64,000 nucleotides of DNA. Source: Candidatus Endomicrobium macrotermitis (GTDB taxonomy: Bacteria > Elusimicrobiota > Endomicrobiia > Endomicrobiales > Endomicrobiaceae). Shown one piece after another: positions 1 to 9,472 of this stretch. The translations under genes were made by a program, and so were the position numbers. The stretch spans positions 36,149 to 100,148 of the forward strand of contig JAISVT010000039.1 of the NCBI GenBank assembly GCA_031271405.1, in the 5' to 3' direction. Position 1 is the stretch's first letter. Every line of letters starts with the position of its first letter. The notes beneath the pieces are model-generated. The model ran no database searches. It worked only from the letters and a program-made list of their open reading frames with translations, and had not been told where the DNA came from.

Positions 1-1
1 T

Positions 2-982
2 ACTATCGGAAATTCCGCAAATAAAGAAACAGCGTTCGATAAAATAGTCAGGATATTTTTCAGGTGGTCGCTGTTTTTGGCGGCGGTTCTTGCGGTTTTT
101 ATCTGCGCCCAGATTTTTGTCGGAAAAATAGCATCGGCCAATATTGCCGCGGTACCCGTAGTAAAAATCCCCGCTTATCCGCGCGGCGAGCTGTTAAGCG
201 ACGCGGAAACCAGGCGCAAATATCTGGCTCCGAGAGTGAGGGACGTGAGATTTCGCGTTTATACCGTTAAACTCGGAGACAATCTCTGGAAACTTGCAAA
301 GCAAAACGGCTACTCGGTTCATACGCTTATAGGCAACAACCCCCAGCTTACCACTTACAATATCGACGCGGGGCAGAAAATTTTGATTCCTTCGTCCGGC
401 GGCTCTCTTCATCCGGTTCAGGAAAACGACACTTGGGAAACAATTTCGGAAAGATACGATGTTCCGGCGGCATCTTTAAAACTTACGAATTTCGGCATTT
501 TTGAACTTGTTGCGGGAGAATATGTTTTTATTCCCGGCAAATATCCGGCCGTAGATTTGATGAACGAATCGATGCAGGAAAAATACGCCCTTCGCGAACT
601 TTTTGTTTCGCCTCTGGGAGGCAGGCTTACCAGTTCTTTCGGCAAAAGGGTGCACCCGATGACCGGAAAAGTCAGCACGCACGGAGGAATAGACATAGCG
701 GTTCCCGAAGGAACATGGGTCGGCGCGGCTGCGGACGGGGTTGTGACCCTTGCAAGCGGCGGGGTAGGGCATTACGGCACCGCGGTTTATATCGATCATA
801 AAAACGGGTATGTCACTCATTACGGGCATCTGTCTTCGTTAAACGTAAAGACCGGGCAAAAAGTGAAAGCGCGCCAACTTATAGCAAAAAGCGGTTCTAC
901 GGGCAGGGCAACGGGTCCGCATCTTCATTTTACGGTAAAAAAAGGCTCGGCATCTTTGGATCCTTTGAAGTTTTTGTGGTAG
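2..982 (+). CDS. LysM-domain M23 family metallopeptidase (5'-partial; frame open from window edge)
   Basis: Two LysM-like repeats (YTVKLGDNLWKLA; HPVQENDTWETIS), M23 motifs HGGID and HYGHL/HLHF, N-terminal TM; frame has no stop from position 2. Confidence 0.9.
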   Translation, partial: TIGNSANKETAFDKIVRIFFRWSLFLAAVLAVFICAQIFVGKIASANIAAVPVVKIPAYPRGELLSDAETRRKYLAPRVRDVRFRVYTVKLGDNLWKLAKQNGYSVHTLIGNNPQLTTYNIDAGQKILIPSSGGSLHPVQENDTWETISERYDVPAASLKLTNFGIFELVAGEYVFIPGKYPAVDLMNESMQEKYALRELFVSPLGGRLTSSFGKRVHPMTGKVSTHGGIDIAVPEGTWVGAAADGVVTLASGGVGHYGTAVYIDHKNGYVTHYGHLSSLNVKTGQKVKARQLIAKSGSTGRATGPHLHFTVKKGSASLDPLKFLW

Positions 983-1004
983 GCGTACAATAAAGGAGGA
1001 AAGT

Positions 1005-1652
1005 ATGAGAATGAAATTTTTATCGATTGCGGTATTTTTTGCGGCGGTATTTTTTACGGCAGGCTGCGCAACGTCAAAAAGCGTTAAAGCGCAGGACGCC
1101 GCCGGAACTGCGGGGATTGACGCGGTTGCCGCGGCTGACACGGCAGTTATGAAATGCTGCGAAGGCATGCAGTGTAAAACGGCGGACGGCATGTGTTCCT
1201 GCGGGGAGCAGTGCGCTATGAAGGCCGCCTATAAGCCGCAGCCTCAGGATTTCGGCATTGTGAAAGGGAAAACCTGGAAACTTGCGCAAGCGCATACGCA
1301 TAGTTCGTCGGGCAGCGTAAAAAGCGTAAAATATGACGCTTCCAAACATGACAAAGCAAAAACCGGCGATACGTACACTTTACAGTTTGACGATAAGAAC
1401 ATTTCCGGAAAAGCCGCTCCGAACAGGTACACGGCTCCTTACTCTCTGGGAGAAGGCGGCGTGATTTCGGTTAAGCCTGCCGCAAGCACTTTGATGGCCG
1501 CGGTAGATGCCGCCATTGACGGATTAGGAGAGAAGGAATATCTCAGGATTTTGGAAAAAATATCAAGATGGGAACATAAAGAGAACAAGCTGTTCATATA
1601 CGGTACCGACGGCAACGTTTTGATTTTCGAAGAAATAGACTATAAGAAATAA
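1005..1652 (+). CDS. Lipoprotein with META (HslJ-like) domain and a Cys-rich linker
   Basis: SD aaggagg; lipobox TAGC; META-like GKTWKL...ISGKAAPNRYTAPY...STLMA pattern. Confidence 0.75.
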   Translation: MRMKFLSIAVFFAAVFFTAGCATSKSVKAQDAAGTAGIDAVAAADTAVMKCCEGMQCKTADGMCSCGEQCAMKAAYKPQPQDFGIVKGKTWKLAQAHTHSSSGSVKSVKYDASKHDKAKTGDTYTLQFDDKNISGKAAPNRYTAPYSLGEGGVISVKPAASTLMAAVDAAIDGLGEKEYLRILEKISRWEHKENKLFIYGTDGNVLIFEEIDYKK

Positions 1653-1663
1653 ACAGGGCAAAT

Positions 1664-1699
1664 AAAAAAGCGCGCGTAAATTTTTACGCGCGCTTTTTT
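1664..1699. terminator. Bidirectional intrinsic terminator
   Basis: aaaaaagcgcgcgtaa-(loop)-ttacgcgcgctttttt between convergent genes. Confidence 0.9.
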
Positions 1700-1715
1700 A
1701 TTTGTTTGTGGAAAA

Positions 1716-2369
1716 TTAAAGCAGCAAAGTCACTCCTATTCCCGCCGACTGTACTCCCTTTTTAAATTCGCTTTCCACATGCTCCGTGTTTGCGTTTCCG
1801 GTTTCAAAAGAGTTTTCTATTCCGGGTATGGAAAGATACGAATATTTAATGTTGACCAAAAGCCATTTCAAAAGTTTTACGCTTACTCCGGCCTGTACCT
1901 GCCATGAAAAACCGTTATCTTCCCTTTCTTTTTGCAAATCCGCTATGCTTAATTTCAGGTTCGGCGATCCGAGGCCGATTCCCGCTCCGATAAAAGGCGT
2001 TATCAGGTTGTTTTGTATATCCCAGAAGTCGTAAATCAGATTAGCAAATACCGCGTTTGCTTTGTACTTTATGTCGGAATTATTTTTATCGGTAGAAAAG
2101 CTGTTTGCGCTTATTATTATGTACTGCGCTTCAGCTCTGAGTTTGGAACCGAGCCTGTATCCGGCGGAAAAATCGTAGCGCGGGCCGTCCATTGCTTTTT
2201 CGGAATTCGATTCCCTGTTTAGAAAGTCGTCTATGAAAGAATCATATGAAAAGTCCGAAAAACTCTGCGATAAACTTCCGCTTATATATACGGTGCTGCT
2301 GTCCGAGTCGGCAAATGCCGCCGATGACAAAAACGCGGCGCAAAACGCCGCAAGTATCAATTTTTTCAT
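1716..2369 (-). CDS. Outer-membrane beta-barrel protein (OmpA-TM/opacity-like)
   Basis: Signal peptide ending AFA; alternating beta-strand patterns (GYRLGSKLRAEAQY, TPFIGAGIG, FSWQVQAGV). Confidence 0.75.
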   Translation of the reverse strand: MKKLILAAFCAAFLSSAAFADSDSSTVYISGSLSQSFSDFSYDSFIDDFLNRESNSEKAMDGPRYDFSAGYRLGSKLRAEAQYIIISANSFSTDKNNSDIKYKANAVFANLIYDFWDIQNNLITPFIGAGIGLGSPNLKLSIADLQKEREDNGFSWQVQAGVSVKLLKWLLVNIKYSYLSIPGIENSFETGNANTEHVESEFKKGVQSAGIGVTLLL

Positions 2370-2465
2370 AAACTCCCCCTGCTTTTTAGCGTACCTTAAT
2401 ATTATTGTTTTTGCGGATAATTGTCAACTTGATTTTTTCCGGTGGGCGCTGCGCTCGCCTGATGT

Positions 2466-2494
2466 TTGACAACATACCCTTAATAAAGTAGAAT
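2466..2494 (+). promoter_or_regulatory. Sigma70 promoter of the hydrogenase operon
   Basis: TTGACA-N17-TAGAAT about 40 nt upstream of the first operon gene. Confidence 0.75.
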
Positions 2495-2531
2495 CTTTGG
2501 GTATTTTTTAAAAAAATTGTAAAAAGTGTTT

Positions 2532-3986
2532 ATGGTAAATGAAATTGTTTTAATCCTCATAATTGCGGTCCCGATAATTTTTTCGTGCGCTCTTCCTTTA
2601 ATCGGGGCTTTTTCTTCGAATTTGATAAGAAATATTGCGGCTTTGTCCATTGCCGTCATTACTTTCGGGCTGTCCCTGTTTTTGGCTCCGGCCGTTTTTT
2701 CCGGAGAAATAATCAATTTTTATTACAGTTTGCCGTTCGGCATTAATTTTATATTAAGAGCCGACGCGTTCGCATTGTTTTGCGCTTTGGCTTCTTCGCT
2801 TGTAAGCGCGATTATAATTTTTTATTCGTTCGAATACATAAAACCTTATAAAAACCAGAACGAATACTATTTTATAGTGCTTTTGTTTTTGGGCTCAATG
2901 ATGGGCATAATTTTCAGCGCCAATCTTATTTTCCTTTATATGTTCTGGGAAATGACAGCGCTTGCCTCTTGGAGGCTTATAGGATTTTTCAGGAAAGAAG
3001 ATTTCATAAGGCGCGCAAATAAGGCTTTCATGGTCACGGCCGCGGGAGCTTTTTTAATGCTTATAGGCTTTATAATGGTTGCCGAACAGGCCGGGACTTT
3101 CGATTATCAGGGCATACGTACCGCGATAGAGCCCGGAGCCGTAAACAATATTGCCGTTATTTTGATACTTTGCGGGATTTTTGCCAAGTCCGCGACTTTT
3201 CCGTTCCATACATGGCTTGCCGATGCCGGCGTCGCTCCTTCTCCCGTTACGGCTTTGCTTCACGCTGCGGTTTTGGTGAAAATCGGCGTTTACGTTTACG
3301 CAAGGCTTTTCAGCGCGGTGATGATTCCTTCCGATGAAGTGAGAGCATTGGTTTTTTCAATAATAGCGCTCAGCGCTTTTGTGTCCGGCGGCGCGGCTTT
3401 GATAGAAAAAGACATAAAAAGGATTATAGCTTTTTCGACGGTAAGCCAGCTTGCTTTTATGTTTTTGGGTTTTGCGGCGGGGCAGCCTCTTGCTTTTGCG
3501 GCTTCAATGTTTTTTATACTTGTTCATTCGACTGCCAAAGCAGGTTTGTTTTTAAGCGCGGGAATCATAGAACATGAAACGCATACCAGAGATATAACCA
3601 AAATGGGCGGCCTTTTGACCGTTATTCCCGTGACCGCTTTTGCTTTTATATTGTGTATGATGTCTGTTATAGGCGTTCCCCCTTTGGGCGGGTTTTTTGC
3701 CAAATTTTTGGTAATTGCAGGCACTGCAAGGGCGGGTTTCGAAGCTGTTTCTTTTATCTTCGTTATAGCCGCCACGCTGACCCTGTTGTATATGCTGAGA
3801 CTTTTTTATAAAGTTTTCTTAAGCGCTCCGCAAGCTGAATTTCACGCTCATAAATCAAGCATATGGACTCCGATGAATTTCAGCGTATCGCTTTTGGCGG
3901 TATTGTCGCTTGTTTTCGGATTATGTTTCGGCAAAATTATCCGCATAGCGGAACTTGCCGCAAACCAGATGTTCGGTACATTATAA
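2532..3986 (+). CDS. Hydrogenase antiporter-like membrane subunit 1 (MrpA/D, NuoL/M/N family)
   Basis: Multi-TM; FWEMTALASWRLI, KSATFPFHTWL, ALLHAAVLVKIG, AFSTVSQL, PPLGGFFAK. Start may be GTG at 2526. Confidence 0.88.
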   Translation: MVNEIVLILIIAVPIIFSCALPLIGAFSSNLIRNIAALSIAVITFGLSLFLAPAVFSGEIINFYYSLPFGINFILRADAFALFCALASSLVSAIIIFYSFEYIKPYKNQNEYYFIVLLFLGSMMGIIFSANLIFLYMFWEMTALASWRLIGFFRKEDFIRRANKAFMVTAAGAFLMLIGFIMVAEQAGTFDYQGIRTAIEPGAVNNIAVILILCGIFAKSATFPFHTWLADAGVAPSPVTALLHAAVLVKIGVYVYARLFSAVMIPSDEVRALVFSIIALSAFVSGGAALIEKDIKRIIAFSTVSQLAFMFLGFAAGQPLAFAASMFFILVHSTAKAGLFLSAGIIEHETHTRDITKMGGLLTVIPVTAFAFILCMMSVIGVPPLGGFFAKFLVIAGTARAGFEAVSFIFVIAATLTLLYMLRLFYKVFLSAPQAEFHAHKSSIWTPMNFSVSLLAVLSLVFGLCFGKIIRIAELAANQMFGTL

Positions 3987-3988
3987 TT

Positions 3989-5746
3989 ATGAACAAAGAA
4001 ACTCTGACGCTTCTTATCTTTATGCCGTTATTATGCGCCGCGGTGCTTTTTTTTATTCCCGAAAAATACAGGAATTTTAAAAAAGGTTTTTTTATTCTTT
4101 CGGCGCTGCTTAATCTTGCCGCGGCATGCTGGTTTTTCAGCAACAACTTTATTGCATATTACGATTGGGCCGGGTTTGATTTTTCGTTTTCGGTAGTGAC
4201 ATCGATATTTAAGGTGTTTTTGCTGATAATACCCGCGTTTTTTGCCTTTCTTGTCTCCATATTTTCTTTAAGCAATATGAAAGATAAACCGAGAGCCTCT
4301 CTTTTTAGCGCTTCGGTTATGCTTGCCCTGTCCTGCGTTAACGGCGCTGTGCTGACCGACAGCCTTCTTTTCTTTTTGGTTTTTATCGAGGCACTTGCCA
4401 TACCTTTTGTGCTTATGATTATTTCTTCGGAAAACGACAACAAAAAACTCGCGGTAAAAGCTTTTGTAATCACTGCCGTTGCGGATTTGTTTTTAATGGC
4501 GGGCATAGCCATAACGTATGCGATCGCGGGAACTATGAATATTTCCGAAATTATGCTTGATTTGTCGGGCTCTTCGCGCATAGCGGCTTTTATTTTCATA
4601 GTTATAGGCGCAGCCGGAAAGCTCGGCGTTATGCCGTTTCACAGCTGGATTCCGGAAGCGGCGGAAAAAACGCCGGTGCCGTTTATGGTTTTTATGGCTA
4701 CGGCCGCGGAAAAAGTTTTGGGCATATATATATTTATAATAGCGTTGCAAATGTTTGACGCGGCTTCGTTCAATATCACGATTGTGCTGATGTCTCTTGC
4801 GGCGTTAAGCGCGGTAATCGCGGCGCTGCTTGCCAACAGCCAGAAAAGTTTTAAAAAAATGCTTGCCTACACAAGCATAAGCCAGGGAAGTTTTATGGCC
4901 GCGGCAATGCTGAGCGGTATTCCTTTGGCTATTGCTGGAGCGGTTTTGCATCTTTTGGCGCATACGGTTTACAAATCCTCTCTGTTTTTTGTTGCGGGGA
5001 TAATGGACGATACGAAAGCGGAAATCATTTCTTATAAGAACAATCCGTATATTTTTACGTGTTTTATTTTGACCGCAGCTTCTTTTATAGGCGTTCCGTT
5101 TTTTGCGGCTTTTGTTTCGAAAGAGTTCATTTATGACGGCATTCTTCATTTGAACGGTATTATGCTTGCCGTTATGATTATCGTGACTTTTTTCTGTTCA
5201 AGCGCGGTTTTAAACTGGTTCGGGAAAATATTTTTTACCAAAGACGGCGAACATGTGGAATATCCCGTGTCTTCCATGATCCCGGCACTGACAACGGCTT
5301 TGCTTTGCCTGTTGCTCGGCGTCTTTAAGAAAGTTCCTGTCGGGGCTTTGGAAAGCCTGATGGAGATTCATGAACATGCTCATTCGGTTTTGCTGATAAT
5401 TTCGGTTTCCGCGCTTGTCATCGCGCTTTTAAATTTTATAATAGGGTTTGCCAAATATAAAAACGGTTTGGGGTTTGTTTCGGGCATCGTGTCTGCGCTC
5501 GGCATAAACAAACTTGACGCTGCCGAAAGCGCGGATCCGTACAATATCGCTTTAAAAGCTTATGACGGTTTCGGGAGAGTTTCCTTTAACTTGGATAAAA
5601 GCCTAAACTGGATTTACGACGTTTTGATAGTCAAATCGGTCTTCAAGCTTTCCATTGTTTTTAAGGAAGCGCACAACGGAAGCCTGCCGCAATACGTTTT
5701 GTGGACCCTGTGCGGCATAGCGGTAATAATTTTATTTTTTGTATAA
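3989..5746 (+). CDS. Hydrogenase antiporter-like membrane subunit 2 (NuoL-like with C-terminal extension)
   Basis: GKLGVMPFHSWIP, LAYTSISQ, HTVYKSSLFF, FVSKEFI; ATG 2 nt after previous stop. Confidence 0.85.
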   Translation: MNKETLTLLIFMPLLCAAVLFFIPEKYRNFKKGFFILSALLNLAAACWFFSNNFIAYYDWAGFDFSFSVVTSIFKVFLLIIPAFFAFLVSIFSLSNMKDKPRASLFSASVMLALSCVNGAVLTDSLLFFLVFIEALAIPFVLMIISSENDNKKLAVKAFVITAVADLFLMAGIAITYAIAGTMNISEIMLDLSGSSRIAAFIFIVIGAAGKLGVMPFHSWIPEAAEKTPVPFMVFMATAAEKVLGIYIFIIALQMFDAASFNITIVLMSLAALSAVIAALLANSQKSFKKMLAYTSISQGSFMAAAMLSGIPLAIAGAVLHLLAHTVYKSSLFFVAGIMDDTKAEIISYKNNPYIFTCFILTAASFIGVPFFAAFVSKEFIYDGILHLNGIMLAVMIIVTFFCSSAVLNWFGKIFFTKDGEHVEYPVSSMIPALTTALLCLLLGVFKKVPVGALESLMEIHEHAHSVLLIISVSALVIALLNFIIGFAKYKNGLGFVSGIVSALGINKLDAAESADPYNIALKAYDGFGRVSFNLDKSLNWIYDVLIVKSVFKLSIVFKEAHNGSLPQYVLWTLCGIAVIILFFV

Positions 5747-5775
5747 GGAGCCGTTTTCGTAATAACGGTATTTAA

Positions 5776-7194
5776 ATGACAATTTCATTGATTTTCGTGC
5801 CTATCATTCTTGTAATTCTGCTTAATATCCCAAGGCTTTCGGGGAAGGCTGCCTATTACGCCGCTCTGGCGTTTTTTGCATGGCAGTTTCTTTCGGTATT
5901 TTTTCCGTTTCTGGGCTCTCAGCAGATTGCGGATCTGATAAGCAAATTTTTTAATTTAAATGTCTATGCGGACGGCATTTCAAAAATAATGATAATTTCC
6001 GCCGCCATAACCGCTTTCGTGTCTTTGATTACGTCAAAAGTTTTTGCAAAGCGCGACAGCCGCCTTTTTGCTCTTTCGAATTTAATGCTTCTTGCCGCTG
6101 CGGGAATAAACGGTCTGGTATTTGCCAGAGACTTGTTTACGATGTACGTTTTTATAGAAGTCATAGCGGTCGCTTCTTACATACTTATAGCGATTGACAA
6201 AAAAGACGGCGCGCTTGAAGGCGGTTTTAAATATCTTATAATTTCTTCCGTAGCTACGGTGATGATGCTGTTTTCGGCCGCTTTATTTTTTCTCGTTGCG
6301 GGTTCTACGGGTTTTGCGGAAATATCGCTTGCCGTTAAGGATTTCGGCGCAAATCCTTTGGTTTCGGCGGCTACGATGCTTTTTATAACTGCTTTGCTTA
6401 TAAAGGGCGGGATTATTCCTTTTCACGCGTGGCTTTCCGGCGCGTATGCCGAAGCGCCGGCCGGGGTTTCGGTGTTTTTGGGCGGGATAATTACAAAAAC
6501 CACCGGAATATTTACGCTGATAAGGTTTTTTTATTCGGTTGTCGGCTTTAGCGAAAATATAAAGACCGTTCTTTTGATCGCGGGTTCGCTTTCGATAGTT
6601 ATCGGAGCGCTTATAGCCGTGACGCAAAAAGATTTCAAAAGGGTTCTTGCTTATTCGAGTATCAGCCAGGTAGGCTATATAGTTCTGGCTTTGGGAGCCG
6701 GTACGGCTTTGGGGATAGGTGCGGCTTTATTTCACGTTTTTAACCACGCGGTATTTAAATCGCTTTTGTTCGTAAACTCAGCTTCCGTTGAAAAAGAGAC
6801 GGGAAGGCTTGACATAGATTCTTTCGGCGGGCTGGGTTACAAAATGCCCATAACTTCCGGAACTGCCGCGATAGCGTTTTTGTCGGCTGCGGGTATTCCT
6901 CCTTTTTCGGGTTTCTGGAGCAAACTTTTGATAATTCTGGCCTTATGGTCGGCAAACTGCAAAGGCTTTGCGGTTTTGGCGGTTCTGGCCAGCCTTTTTA
7001 CAATGGCTTATTTTTTAAATTTGCAGAAAAAAGTGTTTTTCGGCGAGCTTAATGCGCAGCTTGAAGACGTACGCGAAGCGCCGCTTGCTCTTACGCTTCC
7101 CGCAATGTTTTTATGCGCTTTGACCATAGGCGCGGGTTTGCTTTTCCCTTACGTTCTCAGGCTTCTGATTTTCCCGGCCGTGGGAATAGTTTAG
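5776..7194 (+). CDS. Hydrogenase antiporter-like membrane subunit 3 (MbhH/NuoN-like)
   Basis: YVFIEV, GGFKYL, KGGIIPFHAWL, LAYSSISQVGY, HAVFKSLLF, PPFSGFWSK. Confidence 0.88.
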   Translation: MTISLIFVPIILVILLNIPRLSGKAAYYAALAFFAWQFLSVFFPFLGSQQIADLISKFFNLNVYADGISKIMIISAAITAFVSLITSKVFAKRDSRLFALSNLMLLAAAGINGLVFARDLFTMYVFIEVIAVASYILIAIDKKDGALEGGFKYLIISSVATVMMLFSAALFFLVAGSTGFAEISLAVKDFGANPLVSAATMLFITALLIKGGIIPFHAWLSGAYAEAPAGVSVFLGGIITKTTGIFTLIRFFYSVVGFSENIKTVLLIAGSLSIVIGALIAVTQKDFKRVLAYSSISQVGYIVLALGAGTALGIGAALFHVFNHAVFKSLLFVNSASVEKETGRLDIDSFGGLGYKMPITSGTAAIAFLSAAGIPPFSGFWSKLLIILALWSANCKGFAVLAVLASLFTMAYFLNLQKKVFFGELNAQLEDVREAPLALTLPAMFLCALTIGAGLLFPYVLRLLIFPAVGIV

Positions 7195-7255
7195 ATGTAA
7201 AACCCGCGGTAAATGCAAAGCCGTTGCCGTGGGTCAATTGTTAAAAGAGGTCGGT

Positions 7256-7768
7256 ATGGATTTAATGTACGTTCACATTTTATTGCTTGCGCTGCTTGTT
7301 ATTTTTTCCGTTCTTGCGGCTGTAAATTTAAGAATTATAAGAGCGGCTATTTTGCTTGCCACGGTAAGCCTTGTAACGACGTTTATATTGTTTGCTTTAA
7401 AAACTCCGCTTGCCGCAATATTTGAGCTTTCGGTATGCGCGGGGCTTATAACGGTAATTTTTATAAGCGTTATCAGTTTGACAAACCCTTTGACTCGCGA
7501 AGAACGCGCCGATGAAAAAACGAAAATGTTTAAAAGGGCGGTTTTACTGCCGGTCATAGTTTTGGTTTGCGGCGGCGCGTTTTATATGCTTACCAAAGGC
7601 GTGGACTTTATTCCGGTTGCGGCGGGTGCCGTTTCCAAGCCCGAGCAGGGCGGAATGTGGAACATGCGGCAATTGGATTTGGTCGGCCAGGTTATAATTA
7701 TTTTGGCCGGAGTTTTCGGCGTGGCCGCGCTTTTTAAAGACAATAAAGACGACGGCGGTGAAAAATGA
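7256..7768 (+). CDS. NuoJ-like small membrane subunit
   Basis: Hydrophobic; AIFELSVCAGLITVIF motif; SD gaggt before ATG 7256; operon position. Confidence 0.75.
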   Translation: MDLMYVHILLLALLVIFSVLAAVNLRIIRAAILLATVSLVTTFILFALKTPLAAIFELSVCAGLITVIFISVISLTNPLTREERADEKTKMFKRAVLLPVIVLVCGGAFYMLTKGVDFIPVAAGAVSKPEQGGMWNMRQLDLVGQVIIILAGVFGVAALFKDNKDDGGEK

Positions 7769-8085
7769 GTTTCGAATCGCTTATTCTTTTCAAATGTTAC
7801 CTTATAACCGCGCCGGTTTTGTTTGTAATCGGGATATACGCCATCGGCACGACAAGAAACATAATAGCCATGATCATAGGGCTTGAAATTATGACCAAAG
7901 GCGTTACGGTTTTGCTTGCCGCGGCAGGCTATTTTAACGGAAAACCGCAGATTGTCGAGCCTTTGATTATAACCATGATAGTAGTCGAAGTCGTAATTTT
8001 GACTATTTCTGCGGCATACATAATAAACATAGTCAAAAAGCATGATTCGCTTGACACGCATAATATAAACAAATTGAAAGGTTAA
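7765..8085 (+). CDS. NuoK/MbhG-like membrane subunit
   Basis: Three TM; RNIIAMIIGLEIM, VVEVV; ATGA overlap with the previous gene. Confidence 0.8.
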   Translation: MSFESLILFKCYLITAPVLFVIGIYAIGTTRNIIAMIIGLEIMTKGVTVLLAAAGYFNGKPQIVEPLIITMIVVEVVILTISAAYIINIVKKHDSLDTHNINKLKG

Positions 8086-8088
8086 AAA

Positions 8089-8442
8089 ATGGAACTGTCG
8101 TTTTTGCTTATTTATCCTCCGATAGCTTTTGCGGTAATATTTATGGCTTTGCTTATAATTTCTTATTTTACCGGAAAAATGTCGTATAAAAATCCGGCTA
8201 ACCCGTGCGGAAAAATAAAAGCTTACGCCTGCGGCGAAGATGTGCCGGATCACAGAATAAAACCGAATTACGCCGAATTTTTTCCGGTCGCTTTCTTTTT
8301 TACGATAATGCACGTTATAACTCTTATGATTGCCGCGGCGCCCGAAAAAATAACGATAAACTCTTTGGGAGTGATCGCGCTTTTTATCATAACGGCATAT
8401 TTGAGCATTCTTATAATTTTCAGGAGAGAAAGGAATGATTAA
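8089..8442 (+). CDS. NuoA/MbhI-like membrane subunit
   Basis: TM-loop-TM-TM with KAYACGE loop motif. Confidence 0.72.
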   Translation: MELSFLLIYPPIAFAVIFMALLIISYFTGKMSYKNPANPCGKIKAYACGEDVPDHRIKPNYAEFFPVAFFFTIMHVITLMIAAAPEKITINSLGVIALFIITAYLSILIIFRRERND

Positions 8443-8917
8443 ATCGGTTCAAAAGCTTATCAACTGGTCACGCCTTAAATCTCCGTGGGTCATACATTTT
8501 AATACGGGCGCCTGTAATGCCTGCGATATAGAAATAGTAGCGGCTTTGACTCCCGTTTACGATTTGGAAAGGTTCGGAGTGCAGCTTAAAGGCACGCCGA
8601 GACATGCCGACGTTCTTTTGTGTTCGGGCCCGGTTACAAGGCTTATCAAAGACAGGCTTGTCAGAATTTACGAACAAATGCCCGAACCTAAATTTGTGGT
8701 CGCCGTAGGCACATGCGCATGCTCCGGCGGAGTGTTTGACGGATGTTATAATATGCTTTCGGGAATAGACGAGGCAATACCCGTGAACGCGTACATACCG
8801 GGATGCCCGGCAAGCCCCGACGCGATAATAGACGGCGTTACAAAATTGTTAAAGAGTTTTGAAGAAGGCGAAGCGAAAAAACTTGAGAGCAGCGGGGAAT
8901 CGGCAGTCAGAAGTTAG
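8435..8917 (+). CDS. Group 4 [NiFe]-hydrogenase small subunit (MbhJ/EchC/NuoB-like)
   Basis: GACNACDIE, SGPVT, GTCACSGG, PGCP: four-Cys Fe-S ligands. Confidence 0.93.
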   Translation: MIKSVQKLINWSRLKSPWVIHFNTGACNACDIEIVAALTPVYDLERFGVQLKGTPRHADVLLCSGPVTRLIKDRLVRIYEQMPEPKFVVAVGTCACSGGVFDGCYNMLSGIDEAIPVNAYIPGCPASPDAIIDGVTKLLKSFEEGEAKKLESSGESAVRS

Positions 8918-8977
8918 GAACGAACGGCTTTCGCCGCAATGACAAAGGCGCGCAGTTGTCGTTCCAAAGAGGGTAAA

Positions 8978-9472
8978 ATGGAAAATAATCATCCTATTGT
9001 CGAGAAAATAAGGTCTGCATATCCGCAGGTTGCGGAAAGCATTAAAGTCCAAAGGGAAAACAGAATTTGGATGAAGATAGATTATGCGGATTTCAGAAAA
9101 TTTCTTGAGTTTGCGGCGTCGGATTTAAAAACCGGCATTTTTTGCATGCTTACGGGGCTTGACGATAAAGAGAACTTTTCTTTCATATATCATATGGCGG
9201 ACTTAAATGGGATCATGCTCAATATAGAAACGTCCGTCCCGAAAACGAACGCTTCCATAGCCACGGTCACCGATATGTTCCCGGCTGCGGAACTTCAGGA
9301 AAGGGAGCTTACGGATTTGCTCGGAGTCGCTATCGAAGGATTGCCGGAAGGGCAAAGGTATCCTCTGCCTGACAACTGGCCTGACGGCGAGTACCCGTTA
9401 AGAAAAGACTGGGATGAGAGCCGCCTCGAAAAAAATCCGTTGAAAGAAAAAGCGGAGGACTGCAATGTCTAA
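8978..9472 (+). CDS. NuoC/MbhK/EchD-like subunit
   Basis: FPAAELQERELTDLLG, YPLRKDW; SD gaggg before ATG 8978. Confidence 0.85.
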   Translation: MENNHPIVEKIRSAYPQVAESIKVQRENRIWMKIDYADFRKFLEFAASDLKTGIFCMLTGLDDKENFSFIYHMADLNGIMLNIETSVPKTNASIATVTDMFPAAELQERELTDLLGVAIEGLPEGQRYPLPDNWPDGEYPLRKDWDESRLEKNPLKEKAEDCNV

